From Okamejei kenojei (lineage: Eukaryota): a stretch of DNA of 64,000 bases. The notes under the pieces are model-generated. The model had not been told where the DNA came from, ran no database searches, and saw nothing but the letters and a program-made list of their open reading frames with translations. Positions 36,370 through 49,080 of this stretch are shown here, one piece after another (the first letter of the stretch is position 1; every line of letters begins with the position of its first letter). The stretch is taken from contig CM069132.1 of the NCBI GenBank assembly GCA_035221665.1, positions 40,610,001 to 40,674,000 on the forward strand. The letters run 5' to 3'. The translations under genes and the position numbers were made by a program.

Positions 36370-37594
36370 TTTCTATTCCATTTATCTGGCTAAATCAGTA
36401 CGCCAGCGTGACTCTGATTTTAACTTTTACTTTCTCTTTTGCTGGTTTTACCAGCGTAACGTCTCTTTTAGAACGTCCCCACTTTTCCTTACACTTACCT
36501 GCGGGTCCGTTCCGGCCGCTGCGAGGAGCTGCGCTCTGCAACTCTTGCTTCTGCCGTCAGCGTCGACGTAATGCCGTTCCAGCGCCAGGCGGGGCTTCTT
36601 CACGTAGTCACTCACGTGACTCCGAAGTAAAATAGTTTTGTCCCTCAACATTTCCATACAATTATTTATCCCTGCAATCCTTCTTGAATGACGCTATCTG
36701 CATGGTCAATGCATATCAGTCAGATCAAGTTGATACAAGCAAACTTTCCAGTCTGTTGAAAAAGTTAAGGTGGTGCAGATCATGAGACAACATCAAGAGC
36801 TAATGAGAAGCCAAAAGTTTGCACAATTATAACCTGTTATATATGTTTTTCAAAAACAAATCAGACTAAAGGATACTGGGTCATTAATGTACAGGTTAAC
36901 AGTTTTTATAAACCAATCAAAATAATTTTCTAAGAAATAACGAGCATGGTATTCCTTTCCACCTAGCGACTTTACCATTACAATCTTGAAAATGTCAATG
37001 GATTATATTTATTTCCTATTTGCTTAATCTTCTTGTTTATTCTCCTAACATCCATGGTGCCTTGTACTACACAGTTCAGTATTTACCCATGTCACTGAAT
37101 TTCATATCTGCCTTCTGACAACTCTCCAATAAATAACGATTAAAACATATATATGCTTTAACTTGCTATATTAATGCTTAAATGCAAAAACAGACCTGAA
37201 AATAAATAGGACTAAAGTCACATAAAGCATTATGTGTTACTGACAACGATCTTGGCATTTGTAATTGTAGGATTGCAGAGGCTCTGTCATAGTAACGAAA
37301 AGGAAATTGTAGTTGATAGCTCAGACATATTCCCAGAACAATTGATGCCAGAAGAACAAAATCATGGATGAAGAAAAACAGGTTAGTCTAATGAAGCTCA
37401 TCTTTCTTGTATATTAACTTTTTGCCATCATGGCATTTACTTATATTTGGAATTAGTTTTGTTATGCTGCTGAGGATTTCAACTCTTTATCATTCTTACT
37501 GTTAGAAAACTTTTCTTCATATAAATCCACGTTTCATTAATTCCCCCCTTGACTCTGATGTGCTAAGTTTATTTTGAAACAATAGGTTAATAAA

Positions 37595-39435
37595 AAGGAT
37601 GAGAAAAGCTGTCAACAAATACAGTGGGATTTAGATCAGTACCAGATATGGGCAGACAAATGGCAGATAACGTTTAATCCAAGCAAGTGTGAGGGTTTGC
37701 ACTTTGGGAGGTCAAACATAAGGGGGAAGTAGACTTTTAATGGCAAGACAAGTAGATATAGTGGTAAATAAGGCATATGGTGTGCTTTTTAGAGCAGGGG
37801 ATTTATAAGAGTTAGGAAGTCATGGTGCTGCTTCATATAACTTTGATTATGCCACATTTACAATATTGTGACCCTTCTGGTCACCCCATTACAGCAAGGA
37901 TGTGTAGGCTTTGGAGAAGGTTCAAAAGAGGTTTATCTGGATACTTCCTACATTAGAGAGTATAAGGAGATTGTTTTGGATTGTTTTCTCTGGAGTGTCA
38001 GTGGTTGGGGGGGGAGACCTGATAGAAATATGTAAAATTACAAGATGTGTTAGACAGGGTAGACCATCAGAACCTTTTTTCTCAGGGTGGAAATGTTAAA
38101 GAGGGCATAGTTTTAAGGTGAGAGGGGCAAAGTATAAAGACAATGTGCGGGACTTTTTTTTAACACAGAGAGTGGTGGGTGCCTGGAACGTGTTGCCAGG
38201 AGTGGTAGTAGAGGTAAATACAATAGTGGCATTTAAGAAGCTTTTCGGCAGGTAATGGATATGCAGGGAATGAAGAGATATGGATCACATGCATTGATAA
38301 GATTTCTACATCGCAATTTATAATGTAGGGATACAGCATGGAAACACCTCCTGTGACTCATCGAGTTCACACTGACAATCAATCACCCATTTGCACCGAT
38401 ATATGAATCCTATTTTTTAAAATGTCCTCACACATTCTCATCGACCCTCATATTCTATCACTCACGTACACACTTGGGAAAGTTTCCAGTGGCCGGTTCG
38501 TCTCCCAACCCACTTGTTTTTGGGATGGGGAGGAAACCGGAGCAGCTGGGAGAAACTTATGCAGTCACAAAGAGTGCGTGCAACCTCCAGCACCCGAGGT
38601 CTAGATTGTACTCTCGTCACTGGTGCTGTGAGGCAGCACTTCTACCAGCTGTGCTACTGTGCTGCCCATAATTTATTGGTACGACCCTTCCCACTACAGT
38701 TATAGTCATAGAGTCCTTTCGGCCCAACTTGCCCATGCTCACCAATGTGCCCCATTACACTAGTCCCACCTGCCTGCGCTTAGCCCATATTCTTTTAAAT
38801 CTGTCCTATCCATGTACCTCTCCAAATGATTTTTAAATATTGTGATAGTACCTGCCTCAACTACCTCCTCTGGCAGCTCATTCCATTTACCTACCACCCT
38901 CTATGTAAAATGTTTCCCCTCAAGTTCCTATTTAATCTTTCCCCCCTCCCCTTAAACCTATGTCCTCTGGTTGTTGATTCCCTTACTCTGGATAAAAGAC
39001 TGTATTTACCCTATCTATTCCACTCATGATCTTATAAACCTCTATGTTCACCCCTCATCCTTTTGTTTTCCAAGGTATAAAGTCCTATTCTGCTCAACCT
39101 CTCCCTAAAGCTCAGGCACTCGAGTCCTGGCACTATTCTCATAAATCTTCTCTGCACATTTTCCGGCTCAACAACATCTTTCCTATAACAGGGTGACCTA
39201 AACTGAACACAATGCAATGTACAATGTCTTGTCCAACTGTAACATGATCTCCCAACTTCTATACAATACTCTGACCAATGAAGGCCAATGTGCCAAAAGC
39301 CTTTTTGACCACCCTATCTACATGTGACACCACTCTCAGGGAACTATGTACCTGCACTCCGAGATCCCTCCTCTCCACAACACTCCCCAGAGCCATGCCA
39401 TTCACTGTGTAGGTCCTGCCCTGGTTAGATTTCCA
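37595..39435. mobile_element. Cluster of decayed repeats: CR1 plus (about 37595-38295), V-SINE minus (about 38325-38668), CR1 minus (about 38697-39435)
   Basis: Degenerate CR1 RT C-terminal motifs (LGVQVHSSL, VVKKAFG) and SINE V-domain. Confidence 0.75.
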
Positions 39436-39899
39436 GTGAGACAAACTGCCAGAAATTGTAGCACAGCAGCATATTAGGGGAAAGGAGCATAGCTGGGAAT
39501 CCTCGACATCAACCCCATGAAGCCTCATAACTCAAGGCTTAGCATGGAGAAGGAGAGTTCTTCTTGGCTACCACCTGCCATACTACCTCGGCTGATGAAA
39601 CATTGCTCTTACACATCGTATAACATTTTGAGCCCCACCGATAGCAGCAAAGCAGCAAGGGGATAGTGTATAATGTGGCTGTGTGGTAGGAGGGAGGAGG
39701 TAGCACAAATTCCAATGCACATCACCAGGTATATGTCAGTGGCACCAGAGGGCTGGATCTGAGGCAGGTTATGAGTAAACTAGCAAGGGGCATATATATT
39801 TGCTTGACCTTCTCATTGCCAGTCAATCTTTGTAGACATATCTGTCTATGCTACTACTGATTGGAATGACAACTGCATAGATATACTGGTGACAAATCA

Positions 39900-40320
39900 G
39901 GGTGTGGTATGGTGTAGCCGCAGCAGTGTTGCTGCCTTACAGCGCCAGGCAATGTAATCACTCAGCCTGTGACCTGCATGGATTTTCTCCGGGTGTTCCG
40001 GTTTCCTCCCACATTCCAAAACCGTACAGGTTTGTAGATAATTGCTTTGGTATAATTGAATGAATGAATGAATAAATTTACTGGCCAAGTATTCGCATTC
40101 AAGGAATTTGCGTTGGTGCTCCGCCCGCAAGTGACAACATGACATACAGTGACAGTTAGGAATGACACATAAAACATTAAACATTGATAATGAAACAATT
40201 GTAAATTGTAAATTGTTCCTGGTGTGTGTAGGGTAGTGTCAGTATGCGTGGATCGCTGGTCAGCGCGGACTCAGTGCACCGAAGGGCCTGTTTCCGTGCT
40301 ATATCTCTAAACTAAAGTAA
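39900..40320 (+). mobile_element. V-SINE interrupted by a short minus-strand LINE 3' tail (about 40059-40196)
   Basis: SINE body similar to 24843-25160; insert with (TGAA)n end flanked by AATTG. Confidence 0.7.
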
Positions 40321-41274
40321 ATCAAACAAATCCCATGTTCATGTCAAGTGCAATCTCCAAGTGCAAGCTCCAGTGGTACCATCATTGAGCTAAATAGGAT
40401 AGATTTGGAACCGATGCAAGAATTCCAATCTTGGAATCCTTAAGACCCTGTTGCAGCAGCAGGCCCTGTTGCAGCAGCAGAGTTGTGGACCTCTGCGATG
40501 TATAATTCCACCGCCTGGCACTAGTCTACCCAGGAGACCAACCTGGCTCACTGAGCAATGTGGAATGGTATGTTGGGGGTGCACAAATTGCCTCCAAAAA
40601 GTAGTTAACAAACCAGGGAAGCTGCAGCACAACACTGCGTGTGCTAAGCAGTAAAAGGAGTTTGCAATACTCAAAGCCGAATGTCACAACTAATGAAACA
40701 GAAAGCTCTACAGTCCTGCCACATCCAGTTATGAATAGTATTAAATCACCAGTGGTGGCAGGGCCCAGGATGAGAATGCCAAAGGCAAGGCTGAAGCATT
40801 TGCAAACATGTTCAGCCACAAGTGCTGAGTGAATGATCCATCTTGGCCTTTTCTTAACACCATAGGAACCAATCTGCAGCCAATCTGATTCACACCCTGT
40901 GACATAAGGAAATGGCCAAGAGCACTGGATATAGCAGCAGCTATGGGATCAGACAACAACCTAACATTGGTACTGAAGACCTGTACACAAGGACTAACTC
41001 AGCCTCTGGGCAAACAGTTCAATACTGTTACAACACTGGCAACTTGCTGACAAGGCAGAAAGTTGCCCAGGAAAAGCAAGTCAAATCCTACTATTAAATC
41101 TAACCGCTCTCAATCATTATCAAAGTGATGGCAATAGTACCTCGCATCCACAAAAACAATGCAACCACTCACCCAGCGTACTTCCTCCAGCACTTCTCAA
41201 ATATGTGACCTTTACCACCTTGAAGGACAAGGAAAACATGGACAGAGCCTGCCACTTTTAGATTCTCCTTCAAG

Positions 41275-41870
41275 TCATAAGGCCATAAGGAATAGGAATG
41301 GAATTAGGCCTTTCAGCCCAACAAGTTTACTCTGCCATTTATTCATGGCTGAACTATCTCTCACTCTTATCCCCATACTCCTGCCGTCTCCCCACAACCT
41401 CTGACACCTGTATTCATCAAAAATCTATCTATCTCTGCCTTACAAAATATTGACTTGGCCTCTACAGCCTTCTGTGGCAAAGAATTCCACAGATTCACCA
41501 CCCTCTGACTAAATACATTTCTCCTCATCTCCTTCCTAAAAGAATGTCCTTTAATTTTGAGGCTATGACATCTAGTTCTAATCTCTCCCACCAATGGAAA
41601 CATCCACCTACACCTCCACTCTATCCAAGCCTTTCACTATTCTGTATGTTTCAATGAGATCCCCAGTCATTCTTCCAAACTCCAGCGAGTACAAGCCTAG
41701 TGTCAAAAAATGCTCATCATAGGTTAACCTACTCATTCCTGGAATCATTCTTGTAAACGTCCTCTGGAACCTCTCCAGAGCCAGCATGTCTTTCCTGAGA
41801 TATGGAGCCCAAAATTGTTCACAATATTCCAAAAGCAGCCTTAGCAGTGCCTTATATAGCCTCAACTGTT
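41275..41870 (-). mobile_element. CR1 3' fragment
   Basis: ORFs 41608-41865 and 41367-41603 (FSQRVVNLWNSLP). Confidence 0.85.
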
Positions 41871-41949
41871 TTTATATACAAACCCTCTTTAAATACTGCA
41901 AATGAATTTGCTTTCTTTATTACCGAATACCAGTGTGACTTAGAAACAT

Positions 41950-42250
41950 ATTCCGCTTGGGGAGTCCTCTTGGCTTGAACATTGAATTTTCTCAATTCTG
42001 CTAGCCCTTGCTGTCTCCTCTCCTTCCCACCTCTCCCTCAGCCCTCGGGCTCCTCCTCCTTCTTTTTCCTTTCTTCTCTCCGCCCCCCCCCCCCCTCCCC
42101 CCCCACCTCCCATCAGTCTGAAGAAGGGTTTCGGCCCGAAACGTTGTCTATCTCCTTCGCTCCTAAGATGCTACTGCACCCGCTGAGTTTCTTGAGCTTT
42201 TTGTGTACCCTCGATTTTCCAGCATCTGTAGTTCTTTCTTTAACACTTTA
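41950..42250 (+). mobile_element. Penelope-like element 3' end (ORF C-terminus plus pLTR with hammerhead motif at 42118-42145), 14-bp TSD
   Basis: IFRLGS..LGLNIEFSQFC*; CUGAAGA-A-GGGU-UUCG-GCCC-GAAAC-GUU; TSD TGACTTAGAAACAT at 41936-41949 and 42251-42264. Confidence 0.8.
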
Positions 42251-42282
42251 TGACTTAGAAACATGTCTGTCTCTTAATTGTC

Positions 42283-42399
42283 GGTAGATAAAAGTGCTGG
42301 AGAAACTCAGCGGGTGCAGCAGCATCTATGGAGTGAAGGAAATAGGCAATGTTTCAGGCCAAAACCCTTCAGACTGATGTAGGGTGGGGAGGGGGGAGT

Positions 42400-42444
<45 letters not shown>

Positions 42445-42586
42445 GGGGAGAGGAAAGGAGAAAGGAAGAGGGGGAGCCAAAGGGCTGAGGGAGAGCTGAG
42501 AAGGGGAGGTGACAGCAAGGGCTACCGGAAATTGGAGGTCAATGTTTATGCCGCTAGGGTGCAAACTGCCCAGGCAGAATATGTCA
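42283..42586 (-). mobile_element. Second Penelope-like 3' end in opposite orientation, 12-bp TSD, with poly-G tract
   Basis: IFCLGSLHPSGINID motif; TSD CTCTTAATTGTC at 42271-42282 and 42587-42598. Confidence 0.8.
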
Positions 42587-42981
42587 CTCTTAATTGTCAC
42601 TGGATGCAAACTCTCTAACTAAGTCTCCGTTTGAAGAATGGTCTCGACACAAAATTTCGCCTATTCCTTATTTCCAGAGATGCTGCCTGTCCCGCTGAGT
42701 TACTCCAGCTTTTTGTGTCCATCTTCTCCAACTGACAAGATTTCTTTCACCTTCAGAAAGGCAGCAGCGGTTCAAAGCAACAGTTTTTGTTGACCTCCTC
42801 AAGGGTAATGAGGTTGAGCAGCAAATACTGGCTTTGCCAGTGATGTCCACATTCTACACATTAACTTAAAAAAGTGCTGTGTGCAATTCCACACAATTGG
42901 TACATCACTTTATATTTGCATTCCCCTAGTAATGTAATGCAATAGACTATTCTGTAAAACTATTCTGCTTCTGACTGATTT

Positions 42982-45900
42982 AAGTCAAGTCAAAGTCAAA
43001 AGAGTTTATTGTCATGTGTCCCTGACAGGACAATGAAATTCTTTCTTTGCATAGCACAACAGAACATAGTAGGCATTGACTACAGTTATATACTTAAATA
43101 CACACATTAATTAATAAATTAATAAAATGCAAATAACAGATGGAGGGGTATTAATGTTCATTGTTTTGTCTGAGCCAGGTTTAATAGCCTGATGGCTGTG
43201 GGGAAGTAGCTATTCCTGAACTGTGTTGTTGCAGTTCTCAGGCTCCTGTACCTTCTACCCAAAGGTAGCAGGGAGATGAGTGTGTGGCCAGGGTGGTGTG
43301 GATCCTTGATGATGTTGCCAGCCTTTTTGAGGCAGCGACTGTGGTAGATCCCCTCGATGGAAGGAAGGTCAGAGCTGATGATGGACTGGGCAGTGTTTAC
43401 TACTTTTTGTAGTCTTTTCCTCTCCAGGGCACTCAAGTTGCCGAACCAAGCCACGATGCAACCAGTCAGCAAGCTTTCTACTGTGCACCTGTAGAAGTTA
43501 GAGAGAGTCCTCCTTGACAGACCGACTCTCCGTAATCTTCTCAGGAAGTAGAGCCGCTGATCAGCTTTCTTAATAATTGCATCTGTGTTCTCGGACCAGG
43601 AAAGATCTTCGCAGATGTGCACGCCTGGGAATTTGAAGCTCTTGACCCTTTCAACCATCGACCCATTGATATAACCAGGACTGTGGGTCCCCATCCTACT
43701 CCTTCCAAAGTCCACAATCAGTTCCTTGGTTTTGCTGGTGTTGAGGGCCAGGTTATTGTGCTGGCACCATATGGACAGTCGCTCGATCTCTCTTCTGTAC
43801 TCCGACTCATCCCCATCAGTGATACGTCCCACTACAGTGGTGTCATCAGCGAACTTGATGATGGAGTTCGCACTGTGACCGGCTACGCAGTCATGAGTAT
43901 AGAGTGAGTACAGCAGGGGGCTGAGCACGCAGCCTTGAGGTGCTTCCGTGCTGATTGTTATCGAGTCTGACACATTTCCACCAATTCGAACAGACTGTGG
44001 TCTGTGAATGAGGAAGTCGAGGATCCAATTGCAAAGGGATGCGCAGAGACCCAGTTCTGCGAGTTTGGTAACCAGCTTGGAGGGGATGATAGTATTAAAT
44101 GCCGAGCTGTAATCGATGAATAACAGCCTGACATATGAGTTTTTGTTGTCCAAGTGGTCCAGAGCGGAGTGGAGGGCCAGTGAGATCGCGTCCACCATTG
44201 ATCTGTTGTGGCGGTAAGCGAACTGCAGTGGGTCCAGGGTTTTGTCAAGGTAGGAGTTGATTTGCGCCATGATCAACCTCTCGAAGCACTTCATCACCAC
44301 AGGCGTTAGTGCCACAGGTCGATAGTCATTGAGGCACGTCACCTTGCTCTTCTTGGGCACCGGTATTATTGATGCCCTTTTGAGGCAGGTGGGAGCCTCA
44401 GACCTCAGAAGTGACAGGTTGAAAATGTCCGTAAAAACTCCAGCCACTTGGTCCGCACAGGTTTTTGAAACACGACCAGGTATGCCATCAGGTCCAGACG
44501 CTTTTCGAGGGTTCATCCCTCTGAAGGATTTCCTGACGTCGGCCTCTGTGACTGAGACTGAAATACCATCACAGCGAATGGGGGCTCGGGAAGGCACATC
44601 GGAGTTCTCCCTATCAAAGCGTGCGTAAAATGCATTGAGCTCATCAGGGAGTGATGTATCGCCGACATCCGAGCTGCCTCCTGGTTTCGCCTTGTAGGAG
44701 GTGATTGCATTCAGGCCCTGCCACAGCTGCCGAACATCTGTCTCATCCTCCAGTTTGGATCAGAACTCCCTTTTGGCTTTTTTGATGGCCTTACCATATC
44801 TGGACTTCGTGTAGACCACTGTATCATCAGACATGCATGCCCGGTATCTGGTCTTCAGAAGAGTGTGGATCTCAGAGTTCATCCAAGGTTTCTGATTGGG
44901 AAACACTTGGAAGGTTTTGGTGGGGATGCAGTCCTCCACACATTTCTTAATGAAGTCTGTAACGACTGTGGCATATTCATTCAAGTCCGTTGCCGAGTCC
45001 TTGAACATTGCCCAGTCTACAGACTCCAAACAGTCCTGTAGTTGTTCCTCTGCCCCCCCCCGACCAGCTCTGTACTGTCCTCACCTCTGGGGGTGCGCTC
45101 TTTAATTGCTGCCTGTAGGCAGGAAGAAGCAGCACCGCAGTGTGGTCCGATTTACCGAAGTGAGGGCGAGGGATGGAGCGGTAGGCATTCTTGATGGTGG
45201 TGTAGCAGTGGTCGAGGGTGTTTGGTCCTCTGGTGCAGCAGGAGACATGTTGGTGGAAGTTGGGGAGTGATTTCTTGAGGTTTGCCTTATTGAAGTCCCC
45301 AGCAATGGTGGTAACTGCCTCGGGGTAAGACGTCTGGTGTTTGTTGACCATGGCGTGCAGCTCCTCCAGTGCCAGATGGACGTCTGCCTGGGGTGGGATG
45401 TAGACCGCGGTCAGGATGATGGAGATGAATTCCCTCGGAAGGTAGAAGGGACGGCACTTCACCGCCAGATGTTCGAGATGTTGAGAGCAGGAGTTAGACA
45501 GGACTGCCACGTCTGAGCACCATGCAGAGTTGACCATGAGGCAGACGCCCCCTCCTCTCCCTTTCCCCGATGCCAGTGTACGGTCCATGTGGTGGATGGA
45601 GACCCCTTCAGGCTGGACCGCTGAGTCTGGGGAGCTGGGGGTGAGCCATGTCTCTGTGAAACAGAACACATAGCATTCCCTCAGCTCTCTTTGATAAAGC
45701 AGTCTTGCCCTTAAGTCCTCCACTTTATTTTCAAGGGATTGTACATTGGCCAGTAGGATAGTAGGGAGAGGGGGCCAAAGTCCCCTGCGCTTCAGTCTGA
45801 CCTGAAGTCCTGCCCGCCGGCCACGTTTCCGGACACAATGGAGGCTTCCCCTTTGTTTCCAGGTACTGTGTTTCCTATACCTGCTGTTTCTGTGTACCAG

Positions 45901-46130
45901 CGCTGGAACGGGAATTCCCTCACAGACGGCAGCTCCAGCTCCGTAACGAACGGGGGTTCCCTCAAAGTCAGCAGCTCCAGCTTCATTTTTTCTGGGATAT
46001 CCAGCCCGTCGGCTCTGGAGGTCATCCCGGGGTTTATAATGCACAAAATAACCTACACCCACTTAAACAAGGGAGATATGGTAATATTGATACAGAGGCA
46101 TGTCTGGAACCAAGAGCGCAGATGCGTCAA
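42982..46130 (-). mobile_element. Rex1/Babar-clade LINE, near full length, frameshifted
   Basis: EN (LANVQSL, FTETWL, YIPP, AGDFN, TLDH, SDH) in 44977-46062; RT (ASGPDG, DYRPVALT, QFAYR, APQGCVLSP, KFADD) in 43158-44597; AATAAA plus (GACTT)n tail. Confidence 0.93.
43158..44597 (-). CDS. Rex1-type reverse transcriptase (uninterrupted 479-aa portion)
   Basis: Complete RT motif set and C-terminal HPGH...FRNSYFPTAIRLLN. Confidence 0.85.
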   Translation of the reverse strand: MPSRAPIRCDGISVSVTEADVRKSFRGMNPRKASGPDGIPGRVSKTCADQVAGVFTDIFNLSLLRSEAPTCLKRASIIPVPKKSKVTCLNDYRPVALTPVVMKCFERLIMAQINSYLDKTLDPLQFAYRHNRSMVDAISLALHSALDHLDNKNSYVRLLFIDYSSAFNTIIPSKLVTKLAELGLCASLCNWILDFLIHRPQSVRIGGNVSDSITISTEAPQGCVLSPLLYSLYTHDCVAGHSANSIIKFADDTTVVGRITDGDESEYRREIERLSIWCQHNNLALNTSKTKELIVDFGRSRMGTHSPGYINGSMVERVKSFKFPGVHICEDLSWSENTDAIIKKADQRLYFLRRLRRVGLSRRTLSNFYRCTVESLLTGCIVAWFGNLSALERKRLQKVVNTAQSIISSDLPSIEGIYHSRCLKKAGNIIKDPHHPGHTLISLLPLGRRYRSLRTATTQFRNSYFPTAIRLLNLAQTKQ

Positions 46131-46231
46131 TGATTAAATTCGAATTTAGTGAATGTCTTGAATGTTACTAGCAGAAAATGTTCATTACTTCCAAATAATC
46201 ATCTGATAATTTGTGTTCCTCTATTTATTCA

Positions 46232-47630
46232 TTTTTTGTTTGTTTATTTTTGTTAGAAGTAAGTACAGTAGTCTGGTACTTAAGTACCTAATACATAAAT
46301 ACATATTCTCATTCTTGTGCAACTTCATACTTTTAGTTCAATAATAAAAGAACAGTGAGAGAAAAAAGAAATAAAGAGTGTCGGAATAGATAGACAAGCG
46401 AGTAGAAACAGAAAACAAACAAAAAATAAAGGACAGAGGTGAGAAGTTAAAAGATTGAAAGAGAAGGAAAAAGTAAAAAGAAAAAAGAGATTAGTAGAGA
46501 TCTAACTATCTCTTATTTTTGCCCATCCGTCACCCAGTTCTAAACATTTAATTTCTAAGGTTATGTTATGTTGCACCATATGCTTGTATAAAGTTGATAA
46601 ACGGAGGCCAAATCTTTAAGAATTGGTCTACTTTGCCTAGTAAGAGGAATCTCATTTCTTCAAGATGTAGCGTTTCAGACATGTTTGAGATCCACATTTT
46701 GAATGTTGGCGTAGGTGCGTTTTTCCAAAATTTAAGTATACGTTTTTTCGCTGTTATTAGACCATAATTAAGAAAAGCTTCTTGGAATACAGTTAGTTTA
46801 CTTCCCTCTTCCATTGATCCAAAGATAATCAATTCAGTATTGGGGTTCAATTTTGTGTTAAATAGTTTTGTAAAAATTCCAAAAATTTCATTCCAAAATG
46901 TATACAGTTTTGTACAAGAGACAAAGGAATGTGCTATAGTGGCATTTTCAGTTAGACATTTGTCGCAGATGGGGGAAACATTTGAAAATATTTTATTCAG
47001 TCTTGTTTTTGAATAATATAATCTTGAATTTGAAGATATTTGAAATATTGATTACTTTTCAAATTATATTTTAGTTGTAATTGTTGGAATGATGAAAGTT
47101 TTCCCATTTCATACATATCTCCCATCATTTTAATTCCTATTCTTTCCCAATGGGTAAACGTTTTATCAATTATGGATGGTTTGAATGAGGGATTATTAGC
47201 TATTGGAGAAAGAAGCGATAATTTTCTTAATTTTAAAGTTAATTTTATTTGTTTCCAAATTCGTATTATACTATGAATAATTGGATTCTTCTTGTATATT
47301 ACATTGTTCAGTTTTATCGGAGAAAGAAGGATCACTCCTAAATTATAAGGGGAACAATCCTCTTTCTCCATTCTTATCCAATCTACCTGCTGGGCAGAAC
47401 TGTCCAACCAGTAGATCATATTTTTAATATTCACTGCCCAATAATAATACAATAAGTTAGGGAGTGTTGGTCCCCCTGATTCTTTAGATTTGCACAAGTG
47501 TTTTTTTTTTTTTAAATTCTGTGTGATTTATAATCCCATATGAAGTTTATAATATCAGAATCTAATTTTTGAAGAATTTTTTAGGTATGTATATTGCTAT
47601 TGATTGAAATAGGTACAATATTTGTGGTCC
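46232..47630 (-). mobile_element. L1-clade LINE 3' fragment
   Basis: KESGGPTLPNLLYYYWA and AKKRILKFWK...WISNM motifs; A-rich tail on the minus strand near 46232. Confidence 0.8.
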
Positions 47631-49063
47631 TCTATGTGAGGAATGTTAGTGCTCCCATTTTGTACACTGTGTCAGCTTGAGGTGCTACAAGGTTAGCTGC
47701 GGAAGGTAAATTGAGGAAAAATTCACTCTTCACTGTCTCAACATTTGACATATTACAGCTAAGAAACAAAGCATTCACCACTGTATCACCATTGCACAAT
47801 TTCGTCCAGCTGCTGATCATCATTACATTCACTCTTGGGGCTCATACCCACATAGAACATCCTTCCAAATTATCAGATTGATTTTATGTAGCACTCTCAC
47901 AGCTATGGTTAGTATAGATTTCAATTTCATAAACCCAGGACTGGCTCAAACTCAAGCCCCCAAAACAAAAGACAGATAAATAGATTAACTGCATTCTGTT
48001 AAGTAGTCACTGAAATGAAACACTTATTGGAGAAATTACATTAGTGTTATCTTCCTTCCACTTACAATCCCTCTTTTCCTGTGTCTTTGTTGGAAACACA
48101 GGAGTATTGAGTCTGAAGAAGGGTCTCGAGCTGAAAAGTCACCTATTCCTTTTCTCCAGAGATGCTGCCTGACCCGCTGAGTTACACCAGCTTTTTGTGC
48201 CTATCTTCAATACATTTGTGTTGAATTCACTCACATGTTAAGATTGCATACATTATTTTATTATGTTTATTTTGCTCTGTCAAATTCAGAATAGATAGTC
48301 AATGGTAGCTTTTTCAGAAGATGGCACCAATTTTACACCATGAAATAAAGAAGGCTACCATTGAACATATAGAATTATGAAGCCATATATTATGGAAATA
48401 GGCCCTTTGGCATAGCTTGTCCATGTCGACCAAAATGCCTCATCTACGCTAGATCCATGCCTGCATTTGGCCCATATCCCTTTAAACCTGTCCAAATGTC
48501 ATTTAAATGATGTTATTGCATCTGCCTCAACTACCTTATCTGGCAGCTTGTTTCATGTACCTACCACCCCCTGTGTGAAAAATGTGTTACTATTTAAGAT
48601 CTCACAGCAAGAATGACATTGTTTGACAAACAGAGGTCACACTTTCTATTTCACTGAAGTGTTTGCCTGGGTCATGGTAGTATGGGACAGGGTCCCACAA
48701 TCATCTGAAGGAGAACATTTGCCTCGACAAAACCAAAATTATTTTTCAGAAGTTTTTCTTACTGTGTTCTCCTTCAGAAGCAATTCCAGTTCTTCTAGCC
48801 TATCATTCCAACTAGGATTCTCATTTCTGGTAGCTTTTGTACTGTAAGGGTAAAACAATTTCAGATAAATTGTAAAATTGAGTTATCAGCTAAATTAGCA
48901 GCACAGTGTTCCATGCCCTTTAAAAAAGATTCAAACACACTGTTTCCCAGACAAGTGGGAGATGTTTGCTGCACCTGTTCATCTGGGAACTTACAATGCC
49001 TGGGATCGTAGCATTTTACAGATCATTCTATGGGAAAGTGTAGCGTTGGTGAACAAAGCACAA

Positions 49064-49080
49064 CAGCGCCCCCTGCCGCT
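49064..49080 (-). promoter_or_regulatory. Candidate CTCF core motif
   Basis: AGCGGCAGGGGGCGCTG resembles the CCASYAGRKGGCRS consensus; motif match only. Confidence 0.35.

Larger units (their letters stand above)
31688..36636 (-). mobile_element. Full-length DIRS1-type tyrosine-recombinase retrotransposon
   Basis: gag-like, RT/RNase H/methyltransferase and YR ORFs; inverted termini (31763-31796 vs about 36571-36604); ICR 31916-32028 complementary to both ends. Confidence 0.97.

Noticed and set aside
42349-42618. Gly-rich and Pro-rich ORFs
   Set aside because: Produced by a poly-G homopolymer inside a Penelope 3' region; the tract length may also be an assembly error
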